Below the pieces are notes generated by a model that searched no databases, was not told where the DNA came from, and was given only the letters and a program-made list of their open reading frames with translations. A stretch of 63,902 bases of DNA, filler included, from Bradymonadales bacterium (GTDB lineage Bacteria; Bdellovibrionota; UBA2394): the NCBI GenBank assembly GCA_007693605.1. It is 4 parts of 4 records of this genome, joined end to end, with 100 filler letters (N's around TTAATTAATTAA, not from the genome) between each part and the next. Parts side by side here need not be neighbours in the genome. Positions count along the whole stretch, not along the records: positions 27,290 to 33,391 come from REDG01000048.1; positions 33,492 to 58,572 come from REDG01000069.1; 2 more parts are not named here. One strand, written 5' to 3'. Within the stretch, counting starts at the first letter, position 1. Each line of letters begins with the position of its first letter. Shown piece by piece: positions 28,783-37,100 of the stretch. The translations under genes and the position numbers were made by a program.

Positions 28783-30108
28783 TCACCAAGACTGAAGAAG
28801 AAGGGCCTCTTGCATTCGAAAGAGGTCCCTTTCGTCAACCACCCCGTCACCATTGATGTCGATGCCCAAGGCATCGAAACCCGTCGCTCCAAAGTTCTGA
28901 AAAAGAACTTCAAAGTCTTCCTTTCCGATACTTCCACTTCCTGAAAGATCACTCGAGCTTTGTAGTCGAGCGACCCGAAAGCCAAATTGTTTAAAGGCCT
29001 CGGTAGCTGCACCAAACTCGTAGACCGGTCCAACACTCACACTCAGACCGCTGACGAGATTCAAGTGTGGGTTTTCAGTAGGCGATTCGAAGTATCCTCC
29101 TCGCCCCATCCTTCCGCATAAGCCCCCGATGCACTTAAGCTCTTCAGTCCAATCAATCACATTGCCATTCATGTCGTATACTCCGTAGTAAGACTGGGCC
29201 CCGGTACTTCCCACACTCACGACATTGCCACTCGTCGTTCCACTCCAATTGGCCATTGCGGCAAAGTTCACCTTGTTCGGACCGGGTTGCAAAAAATTTC
29301 CCAATAAACTCGCGAAGCTCGGCTGAGGCTCAAAGTTCGACTGGGTGGCATAACTCCAGTAAGGGCTAGAGCCGGACTTTGTTGGATCGTAGTAGGCGGC
29401 CTTCACCCACTCGTCAGCATTTGGGAGAACCCAGTCGGCATCAACCGAGCGCTCTCCAAACCGATAAAAGGCCTCTCCCATGCTCAAATCATAGCTGCCG
29501 CTCTCAATGAGCGAGGGGTCTGTGGGTTGTCCATTGTTCAGCCAATTGACGAACCTCAAAATGTTCAACCAGCTGACGAAAACCACAGGTTTATCTCCCA
29601 TATTGGGTTTCGCCCGATAGCAATGGGGAGGACTTGAGTAGAGTCTTTCAATCCCTCCATAAACTTCAGACTGCATTCTCGGGTCGAAAAGACCGTGAGG
29701 GTCAGACTCTTGCGCGACCGCATTCAAGAACTGAAGAAACTGATCGTTCGTGGTCTCATACTTTGCAATCTCATAGATATAAGAAACTCGACCTTCACCA
29801 GTTCCGCCCTTTGGGGGGTTCCCCGGATTCGCAACCACCACTCTAGGGATGAAGACCGCTTCTGCAGGACAGGGCCTTCTGCCAGGAATAATCTGTTGCT
29901 CCGTCAACTCTTGACTGCTCTCAAACTGCACTTCGTTCGAAATACCACCGCTTTGATCATGGGAGACATTGGCCGCTGATTCCAAAGTCAAAAGCTGAGG
30001 AGATAACAGCTCCCCTCCCCCACCAACTCTCAAAGCCTCTACAGACTGAGCCAAAACAAGCGCTTGTAGAAAAAATGTAGTGATCCCTACGATCGAGAAA
30101 ATACTCAT
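28783..30108 (-). CDS. secreted formylglycine-generating-enzyme (SUMF1/FGE) family protein with a dockerin/EF-hand-like tail
   Basis: KYETTNDQF, LPNADEWVKAA, YDMNGNVIDW, GFRVA; DINGDGVVD. Confidence 0.85.
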   Translation of the reverse strand: MSIFSIVGITTFFLQALVLAQSVEALRVGGGGELLSPQLLTLESAANVSHDQSGGISNEVQFESSQELTEQQIIPGRRPCPAEAVFIPRVVVANPGNPPKGGTGEGRVSYIYEIAKYETTNDQFLQFLNAVAQESDPHGLFDPRMQSEVYGGIERLYSSPPHCYRAKPNMGDKPVVFVSWLNILRFVNWLNNGQPTDPSLIESGSYDLSMGEAFYRFGERSVDADWVLPNADEWVKAAYYDPTKSGSSPYWSYATQSNFEPQPSFASLLGNFLQPGPNKVNFAAMANWSGTTSGNVVSVGSTGAQSYYGVYDMNGNVIDWTEELKCIGGLCGRMGRGGYFESPTENPHLNLVSGLSVSVGPVYEFGAATEAFKQFGFRVARLQSSSDLSGSGSIGKEDFEVLFQNFGATGFDALGIDINGDGVVDERDLFRMQEALLLQSW

Positions 30109-30243
30109 CCCAAACCCCCTCTCGGTTTCGAACCCGATTCTCCGCCTCAGCAGAATCAACTGTCAATCAAAAATCTGAGCCCTCCTCAGCAGAAAAAAGT
30201 TCTTGGCCCTCACTGGTAAGACTTTATAAGCTCATGCCCATCC

Positions 30244-30654
30244 ATGCCGTGGAGCTTTCTCGCAGATCTGGTGCTTGTCGCACATATGCTGATTGCCGCC
30301 TTTGCGGTTTTGCCCCTCCCGATTATTTTCTGGGGAGCGTGGCGAGGCTGGCAATGGGTGCGGCACTTTGGCTTTCGTATGACCCATTTGTGCCTGGTGG
30401 TTTTTGTGAGCCTGCAAGCCCTCATGGGAGAACTCTGCCCTCTCACACACTGGGAAGCCGCCCTGCGAGAGCGCGCCGAAGATCCATTTTACGAAGGAAG
30501 TTTTGTGGCCCACTGGCTCTCACGCCTTCTCTATGTCGATCTTAGCTTAGAGTCTCTAGCGATCATCTATAGCCTCTTTGCCGCACTAGTCGCCGCCAGC
30601 TGGTTTTTGATCCGCCCCCGCCGAAAATCAAAGCGAAAGGAAAGAATCCGGTGA
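30244..30654 (+). CDS. DUF2784 family membrane protein
   Basis: LADLVLVAH...CPLTHWEAALR...SFVAHWL. Confidence 0.85.
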   Translation: MPWSFLADLVLVAHMLIAAFAVLPLPIIFWGAWRGWQWVRHFGFRMTHLCLVVFVSLQALMGELCPLTHWEAALRERAEDPFYEGSFVAHWLSRLLYVDLSLESLAIIYSLFAALVAASWFLIRPRRKSKRKERIR

Positions 30655-30723
30655 GAGAGACTGACCAAGATCTCGGACTTCAGGCTATGACGATCAAAGA
30701 GTCAAATCCCAAAGCTATTGTCA

Positions 30724-32559
30724 TCATCGCCTCTGGCGAACGAGATAGGCGGTCTGCTTTATCTCTTCATTTTTGACGCTCATTTCCATTGCCTCGAAAT
30801 CAAAATTCTCAGCCGCCAGCTGTCTTGTGTGCTCGCCCACGAGAACTCGTCCGACAGGGCAAGCCGCCTCTAGTCTCTGAGTGAAGTTAACCGCCTCTCC
30901 GAGCACCGTATAATTAAAATGCCTCCTTGATCCGGCATTGCCAATGACTGCTGGTCCAGAGTTTACACCCACTCTCACCAGCACGGCCATCCCACTCCTT
31001 TGCAATCTCTCTTGAATCGCAAGTGCAGAAGAAATCGCCGCGATAGCAGCAGACCGTGGCTCATCTTTATCTTCTGTGTCTCCAAAAAAAGCCAGGAGTC
31101 CATCCCCTGTTTTTTTGTCGATCGTGCCACCAAAGTCAAAAACTCCCGCATCCACAATCGCAAAAAATCTTTGCATAAAATCAAACACCTCACGAGCCGA
31201 CAACTTCTTTGAAAGCTGGCTAAATCCTGCGATGTCGACCATCAAATAACTTAGCTCTCGCAATCGGCCATCAAGCTGAAGTTTTTCTCTTCCTGACATC
31301 AAGCGCTTGAGGCGACTCTCGCTGACATAGCCAGAAAAGGCAGTCTCCAATATTCGTCGCTCATCACTCTCTTGAATCAGACGAAGCCCTACACCGACAG
31401 CTGCCAGAAGAAAGATCGCCCCAAAGCTCTCCATTGGCTGAGTAAAATAGTTTGCCCAAACAAACAGCATCATATCGCCGACCAAAAAAAATGAAAGAAC
31501 CAGAACACTCAAGGCGAGTCCGATTTGACTTGGAAGCCTCATTGTGAATAGTGCAATCAAAAATCCAGAGACCACCAGCATCAAAATCTCGACCAAAACC
31601 GAAGCCCAGTGAAACAGAGGACTGTCTGACTGGCGGATGTTCAAATAGCTCGTGACAAAAAGATCGGCCCAAGTAGAGCGGTCCCCCAAAGCGTTTGCAA
31701 AGTATGAACTGGCATCCACAATATGCACCACTAAGAGCTGATCGGACTTCTGCAGATCTTCAAAACGATGCTTCTTTTCAAAGGGCTGTTGGTAGAAACG
31801 CAAAGGCAGGGGATTGATAAAACTCCTCCCTTTTAGATCTAGGCGCGGGGTCTTGGAGCAATGCAGCAAATCAAAAGAAGAAGATGAGCTTGCCCATTCC
31901 TCACAATCCCCTGTCGCCTGAAGAGCCGACAAAACGATGCCTGGAAACTCAAAGTCGAAGACGGGAAAACTCAAGGAAAAGCTTCCTATAAAATGTGTGG
32001 CGGCACTGGCTCGATCAATCTGATAGTTGATCACTCCAAAAATAAAGGGGGCAGCCCCATAGTACTCGAGCTCGAACGGAGAAAGCTGCGACTGGCGGCC
32101 GATTCGGGGCGCCTTTTGAGGGGGCTCCACAAGAGGATGAGCTTGCAACCGTTGCCTGATCTCTAGCGAAGCCGGCGGGTGACTGCTGCTGATCTCAATG
32201 GGTCTCAGAAGGTTTGACAACGAGAGAAGCTCATGAAGAATCGGGCTCTCGTAAACTGCCTGAGGGTCAAGGTGCAGCAGCACGGGGCCTGGGTAGCCTC
32301 GAACAAAATCGACAAGTTGCCTTTGAAAGGCCTCGTCCCGCCAGAAATAGGCAGTTCTCTGAAATTCTGGTTCAAAAATCTGGGGAATCTTAGGTGGGGC
32401 CTTGGGCCTCGAAAAACCTTGCTTGACCAAAGACCACTGCCGCTCCAAACCTGCCGCCCACCGAAAGGAGGGCCAAAACTCCTGAGAGCTAATCTCAGAG
32501 ATCTTCTTAAAGCTCACAAGGGCCACAAGGCAAAGGGCCAGAACCCACAATCGCTTCAC
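30724..32559 (-). CDS. adenylate cyclase with an extracytoplasmic (CHASE2-like) sensor
   Basis: DIAGFS, TIDKKTGDGLLAFFG, RVGVNSG, YTVLGEAVN...RLE. Confidence 0.9.
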   Translation of the reverse strand: MKRLWVLALCLVALVSFKKISEISSQEFWPSFRWAAGLERQWSLVKQGFSRPKAPPKIPQIFEPEFQRTAYFWRDEAFQRQLVDFVRGYPGPVLLHLDPQAVYESPILHELLSLSNLLRPIEISSSHPPASLEIRQRLQAHPLVEPPQKAPRIGRQSQLSPFELEYYGAAPFIFGVINYQIDRASAATHFIGSFSLSFPVFDFEFPGIVLSALQATGDCEEWASSSSSFDLLHCSKTPRLDLKGRSFINPLPLRFYQQPFEKKHRFEDLQKSDQLLVVHIVDASSYFANALGDRSTWADLFVTSYLNIRQSDSPLFHWASVLVEILMLVVSGFLIALFTMRLPSQIGLALSVLVLSFFLVGDMMLFVWANYFTQPMESFGAIFLLAAVGVGLRLIQESDERRILETAFSGYVSESRLKRLMSGREKLQLDGRLRELSYLMVDIAGFSQLSKKLSAREVFDFMQRFFAIVDAGVFDFGGTIDKKTGDGLLAFFGDTEDKDEPRSAAIAAISSALAIQERLQRSGMAVLVRVGVNSGPAVIGNAGSRRHFNYTVLGEAVNFTQRLEAACPVGRVLVGEHTRQLAAENFDFEAMEMSVKNEEIKQTAYLVRQRR

Positions 32560-32848
32560 TCAAACCTCACCCAAAAGCGAACGCAAAAAGAAAATCAAAA
32601 GACTACTTGGACCTTCTCTCATTCCTCGAGCCACCAAACTTTTTCAAACTCATTCACCACTCTTAAATCTATCCCCTCTTTTTTTGGCCTTCCAACCAAG
32701 GGATTGGAGACCCGCTTCTTCTCGACAGAGCTCTCAATCCCAATATTCCATCATCTCCAAAACAAGGCTTGGCTGCGAGCTTTTTATTTCGACCACAAAA
32801 AGCGAGCGTCTCTTGACTGACTCCCCCCTCTAAAGCCAATCTCATATC

Positions 32849-33310
32849 ATGAGAAGTTATTTTCGACGCCTTAAGGTGGTCACACACGGAAAGGAGCAAA
32901 CTCAAATTGCTTCAGTCTTTCTGTTCTGGTTCATGGTTTTTGCTTTGGTCATTACGAGTTTGTACTTTTTGAATTATGCCGAAGTGGCGTCGCGAGCAGA
33001 TGATATGCCGATTCACGATCGGCTTCTGACTCAAATGCTCCTACTCGAACAAGCAAAAGACTTTGCGATTTGGTACGGAGGAGCAGTCCTTGCTTTCTGC
33101 GCCCTGCTGTGGGTATATATGCTGGTCTATGTTCATCGACTGACAGGGCCCGTTTACAAACTCCAAAGACTCTTAGACGAATGTTCTCAAACTGGTCGTC
33201 TGCCCGATACCGATTTAAAGTTTCGAAAGAATGATGGTTTTCATGAGCTAGCGGCTCGCTTCAACACCTTTGTTCGAAGCCTGAAAGATTCCCCGAAGGA
33301 GGGGGGCTAA
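32849..33310 (+). CDS. 2-TM HAMP-like membrane protein
   Basis: HRLTGPVYKL...FRKNDGFHELAARFN. Confidence 0.75.
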   Translation: MRSYFRRLKVVTHGKEQTQIASVFLFWFMVFALVITSLYFLNYAEVASRADDMPIHDRLLTQMLLLEQAKDFAIWYGGAVLAFCALLWVYMLVYVHRLTGPVYKLQRLLDECSQTGRLPDTDLKFRKNDGFHELAARFNTFVRSLKDSPKEGG

Positions 33311-33336
33311 CACCTATTCCCAGTCTTTAGGAACTC

Positions 33337-33391
33337 TGACCCTAAACCAAAAAACTGGGGAGAAGAAAACTTTAGATGCGGAGCGGCGTTT
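33337..33391. repeat. 55-bp contig-end repeat identical to 63848-63902
   Basis: TGACCCTAAACCAAAAAACTGGGGAGAAGAAAACTTTAGATGCGGAGCGGCGTTT. Confidence 0.95.
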
Positions 33392-33491
33392 NNNNNNNNN
33401 NNNNNNNNNNNNNNNNNNNNNNNNNNNNNNNNNNNTTAATTAATTAANNNNNNNNNNNNNNNNNNNNNNNNNNNNNNNNNNNNNNNNNNNN
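33392..33491. other. assembly gap with artificial linker
   Basis: N-run + TTAATTAATTAA + N-run. Confidence 0.99.
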
Positions 33492-34073
33492 TGGAGAGCT
33501 AATATAGTTTGAGTGTTGAATGCTTGAGAAGATTTCTTTGTGGATTTCTCTCTTTGAAAGCTTTTGCTGTGAGATCCCCATTTCTTCCAGTTGAAAACAG
33601 AGAGATTGAAGGCGATCTTCGAGTTCCTTCTGCTGGAGAGTGACGGTTGAGTTTGGTTTAGATCCAGGTTTTGTTCCTTCAAAGCGCCGATAGGTGAGAA
33701 GAAGTGACGAAGAAAAAACCCTGGCCTTTTGTCCAATCAGCGCGACGAGCTCGTCGATCTGCTTCCAATAGAGTTTCTTTCGAAGGGGGTCCTGAATGAG
33801 ATGGAGATCTTCGAGCTTTTTTTCAAATAGCTCTTCAAAGTTGGTGTTCTTTCGATAGACAATCTGAATTTCTTCATTCGGTTGCAGCCAGAGAAAGGAT
33901 CTCCAGCGTTCATGAAGGCTGTTCCAGTCGGAATCCGTGTAGGTGCTAACATCGATCCCATGAAGACGAAGGGCAAAGCCCTGTGATCCGTCCGAATCGA
34001 GAAATAGTCCGTCATCGGTTATCTCTTTAAATGGACAGAAGTCCTGCAATGTTTTTTTATTCTCTTGTGACAA
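33492..34073 (-). CDS. VirB4/TraC-like conjugation ATPase, N-terminal part only
   Basis: LQDFCPFKEI...FLDSDGSQGFALRLHGID; follows pilin and VirB3-like genes; cut by the gap. Confidence 0.65.
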
Positions 34074-34085
34074 GCCTTACTCCTC

Positions 34086-34358
34086 TTATGAAAAAAAAGT
34101 TTTTCGATGCAGTTCATCTGGAAGGTTTGAAAATCGAAGCCATTTTCGAAAGCAATGGGGCTCAAACTTGAGCCTAAGAACGATTAGAGCCAGATAGAGA
34201 CCACTACTTCCACCAAGAGAAAGGAGCAGTCCATACTGCGTGGCGCCTAGGAGCTGGACGGAAAGTACAAATACTCCGGCCACCACTCCCAGTTCGAAGG
34301 GTTCGAGCCCCATGAGTTTAAAGGGTTCATCCAGCTTTCGGTAGATGGGAAGTTTCAC
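34086..34358 (-). CDS. VirB3/TraL-like membrane protein
   Basis: PIYRKLDEPFKLMGLE + 2 TM. Confidence 0.7.
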   Translation of the reverse strand: MKLPIYRKLDEPFKLMGLEPFELGVVAGVFVLSVQLLGATQYGLLLSLGGSSGLYLALIVLRLKFEPHCFRKWLRFSNLPDELHRKTFFS

Positions 34359-34625
34359 TTAAGTTCCCACCACAAATTTCACCATTTGTGCACCCACAAC
34401 CGCAATAACCGCCCCAATGGCCGACATTAGAATGCGATTGGGCGCGGTTGGATTGCCCTTTGCAAACTCAATCCCTGCCCAAACTCCACTGGCTGCACAA
34501 ACCATCACAACGATGAGGGTAAGTTTTCCAGTGGCTTCTTCGATGTTTGTTCGAAAGGACTGAGCCGCAAGAAGGGCTGGTATCAGTAGCGAGAATGTCA
34601 TCAGGAAGCTAAATCGACTAAGCAT
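34359..34625 (-). CDS. TrbC/VirB2-like conjugative pilin
   Basis: signal peptide + two hydrophobic helices, 88 aa, upstream of virB3/virB4. Confidence 0.7.
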   Translation of the reverse strand: MLSRFSFLMTFSLLIPALLAAQSFRTNIEEATGKLTLIVVMVCAASGVWAGIEFAKGNPTAPNRILMSAIGAVIAVVGAQMVKFVVGT

Positions 34626-34782
34626 ATCGTTTTCTCCTTTTCTCGGAAGGTTGACGTTGGAGTAATCGGATCAGTTTCTGCAATCTTGAAACTTTCGAGT
34701 AGACGATAGGGTTACTTCGCAGTTCCTGATCCGACACTTTTCTCAGCATTTCGTGAAGACTCACACTCAGCGGGTAGTACAT
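34618..34782 (-). CDS. small hypothetical protein (54 aa)
   Basis: MYYPLSVSLHE...; RBS AAGGA; overlaps the pilin start. Confidence 0.4.
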   Translation of the reverse strand: MYYPLSVSLHEMLRKVSDQELRSNPIVYSKVSRLQKLIRLLQRQPSEKRRKRYA

Positions 34783-34797
34783 GATATTTTTTCCTTT

Positions 34798-34944
34798 CTA
34801 GTTTCCTTCTGCGGCTTGCATGAGCCGATCAAATCGTTCGACCTCTCGAATGAGATCAATATTCTCCGTGACTTCTTCGACAGACAGACTGCCGAGGAAG
34901 TCATAGAACTCCTGTTTTAGGTCTTTAAGGTTCACTACACTCAT
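34798..34944 (-). CDS. small hypothetical protein (48 aa)
   Basis: ATG with AAGGAG RBS, ATGA overlap with the upstream ORF. Confidence 0.5.
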   Translation of the reverse strand: MSVVNLKDLKQEFYDFLGSLSVEEVTENIDLIREVERFDRLMQAAEGN

Positions 34945-35174
34945 AAAAAAGCTCCTTGCGTGGGTAGAAAGACAGTAATTGGGTTTTGAAGGCTGGCCTG
35001 AAGTGCAACCGAGTCCCACTCGCATTGGTTACAGAATACTTCCCCATCCAGTTTCAAGATGTTTGGACTCAGGCAGTGCGGACATGAATGAAATGCTCTG
35101 GTCGCGCTGATTCTGAGCCTGCTTTGAGATCGCTTTTGCTTTTGATTTATTCGCACATACGCTCCTTTCGGCAT
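34941..35174 (-). CDS. small Zn-ribbon protein
   Basis: CPHC...CNQC. Confidence 0.55.
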   Translation of the reverse strand: MPKGAYVRINQKQKRSQSRLRISATRAFHSCPHCLSPNILKLDGEVFCNQCEWDSVALQASLQNPITVFLPTQGAFL

Positions 35175-35184
35175 GTAGGTCTAC

Positions 35185-35199
35185 GCAGCTTTCATGCCA
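35185..35199 (-). promoter_or_regulatory. sigma54 promoter of the conjugation operon
   Basis: TGGCATGAAAGCTGC (GG-N10-GC). Confidence 0.65.
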
Positions 35200-35285
35200 A
35201 CATCGCGCACCGAGAGAAAATCGAATTAAGATTTTGAATTTGTTTCGATTTGTGAAAATGAGGGGGACAAGTGGTTCTTGGAAAA

Positions 35286-35327
35286 GTTGATTAGATATTA
35301 GATATCTAATCTCTTTTTCTAATCAAC
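35286..35327. promoter_or_regulatory. palindromic putative enhancer (UAS)
   Basis: GATTAGATAT-TAG-ATATCTAATC plus an extra TCTAATCAAC half-site, about 90-130 bp upstream of the sigma54 site. Confidence 0.6.
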
Positions 35328-35412
35328 GGTTCGAATATTGAACCGTTCTTTTTTAAAGAGCCTAAGAGTAGTATGCTCGGGTTGGATAGCCTAAACTTCG
35401 CTGCCCTAGAGG

Positions 35413-36990
35413 TCAGTCCTCGACAAATGTCTGATAAAGAAAACTTCCGGGCGCAACCCATGATCGATAATATCGAGCTGTGGGAGAGTCTGGCGGCAAT
35501 TGGGCAAGTGAAATGTCTTCGAGAATTCTTTCAGGAGTGATGCCGATTTTATTGCCATTGTAGATTGCTGTCATAAGCTCAGCCAGACGCTCTCTCAGAA
35601 GCTCACTAAGGAAATCTTCCCTTTCGCCAGGAGACATGGCTTCAAGCGTATCAAATTGCTGCTTCAACTGATCGATAGCTCGGGCATGGTTTTCGAGGAA
35701 TAGGCGGTAGACATGTGACGGATAATCATTTCGCAAGCTTTGTATGGTGTCGTTGAAGTTTGATCTCAAGCGTTGAATCAATAACAGCTCTTCGTAGAGA
35801 ACATGAAGGACCTCTCGAGCTGCTTTCTCGGCATTTGCCACACCGTAATAATCATAGTCCGAAGAAAAATACCTTGTCAGCGTTTCTCGCGAAACGCCTT
35901 TTTCAACAGAATGAAAGACTCGCCTTACGGCCAATCTAGTTCCGGAGTATCGCTCAAAATTCCAGTCATCGTGCATGGCGCCACCCTGGCGTACTAGGAT
36001 CTCATCAGGTCCTTTTAGCCATTTTTTCAACATATTATCAAAATCATCCGCGGTTATTTCTATGATTCGATTTCTCATTTCGGAAAATTCAATCAAATCA
36101 GAATCTCTGGGAACTTGCATGAAAGGAAATAACTCTCGCATCTCACTTTCAGCCAAGAGCCGTGGAAGAGAATTAAATTCTGCAGCAACCATAATCCGAT
36201 TTGCCGCCCGGTATTGAGTCGTGTTCAAAATAAATTGTGAGAAACTGGAGTTTGCGTTTACCCAATCGAGTTTCTGCGCTGTCTGATAGTAGTGACGTGT
36301 CGCCTTCATTCGTGCTGGTTGGAGCAGATCTAGAAGGTGACCGGTGTCATGCTCTAGCGAATAGCTTAAGTCTGTGGGTATGCGACCACTGGCGATTGCG
36401 TCCACCCAGGTTTTGTGAGGCATATCGTCGGAAAAAGAAGCAAGCTGAAAAAGTCTGGGGTCAGGCATTGGGTCAATCCATGGGCGAACAAACACGGCAC
36501 TAGCGGCAACGATAGACCGATTTGGCGAAGAGCGCGGGGTAAAAATCAATGCCGGGAGGACCACATCCCCCCATTTCAGCTCCCCCGCCTCGATCTGTTC
36601 GTAAACATGCTGATAGAAGGCTTTAACGTAAGTCTTAAAATCGGGTGGTGGAATCAGCAAAGCTTTATTGTCTTCGACCTTAAGTTGCCATCCGAGCTTG
36701 AGGCGTAAGGTAGCACGAGAATCCCCTTCTTGATAAAGTGTTCCCAACCTTTCGGGAGACCAATCATCAGATGATTTGACATAGGCTGTATCTATCTCTC
36801 GATTGTTCCATCCTGATGGGTCAACATTCGGCGCGTCTTCAATGAATGCTAAGAATTTTTCATAGTCCGACTTAGGGGTAGATTCGGTGGCTGCTGGGGA
36901 CTGCTCTCTTCCCTCAAGAAATTCAGTAACTGTTGAAAGTAGAGCGGCGCAAGTACTCGGCACTTTCGGTGTTTGTGGTTGCGCCGCCAA
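35413..36990 (-). CDS. hypothetical secreted protein; start region apparently disrupted
   Basis: 525-aa ORF; in-frame signal-peptide-like segment upstream, with ATG 37098 followed by TGA at 37083-37081. Confidence 0.65.
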   Translation of the reverse strand: MAAQPQTPKVPSTCAALLSTVTEFLEGREQSPAATESTPKSDYEKFLAFIEDAPNVDPSGWNNREIDTAYVKSSDDWSPERLGTLYQEGDSRATLRLKLGWQLKVEDNKALLIPPPDFKTYVKAFYQHVYEQIEAGELKWGDVVLPALIFTPRSSPNRSIVAASAVFVRPWIDPMPDPRLFQLASFSDDMPHKTWVDAIASGRIPTDLSYSLEHDTGHLLDLLQPARMKATRHYYQTAQKLDWVNANSSFSQFILNTTQYRAANRIMVAAEFNSLPRLLAESEMRELFPFMQVPRDSDLIEFSEMRNRIIEITADDFDNMLKKWLKGPDEILVRQGGAMHDDWNFERYSGTRLAVRRVFHSVEKGVSRETLTRYFSSDYDYYGVANAEKAAREVLHVLYEELLLIQRLRSNFNDTIQSLRNDYPSHVYRLFLENHARAIDQLKQQFDTLEAMSPGEREDFLSELLRERLAELMTAIYNGNKIGITPERILEDISLAQLPPDSPTARYYRSWVAPGSFLYQTFVED

Positions 36991-37100
36991 TGGATCAGAG
37001 GCAGCACTAATGCTGAAGATGCCGAAGGAGATGAGCCATATGTGGAGGATCGGCCGTGCCAGTTGAAAAACAGCTGTTTTTCAATGGTCTCTGTACATAT

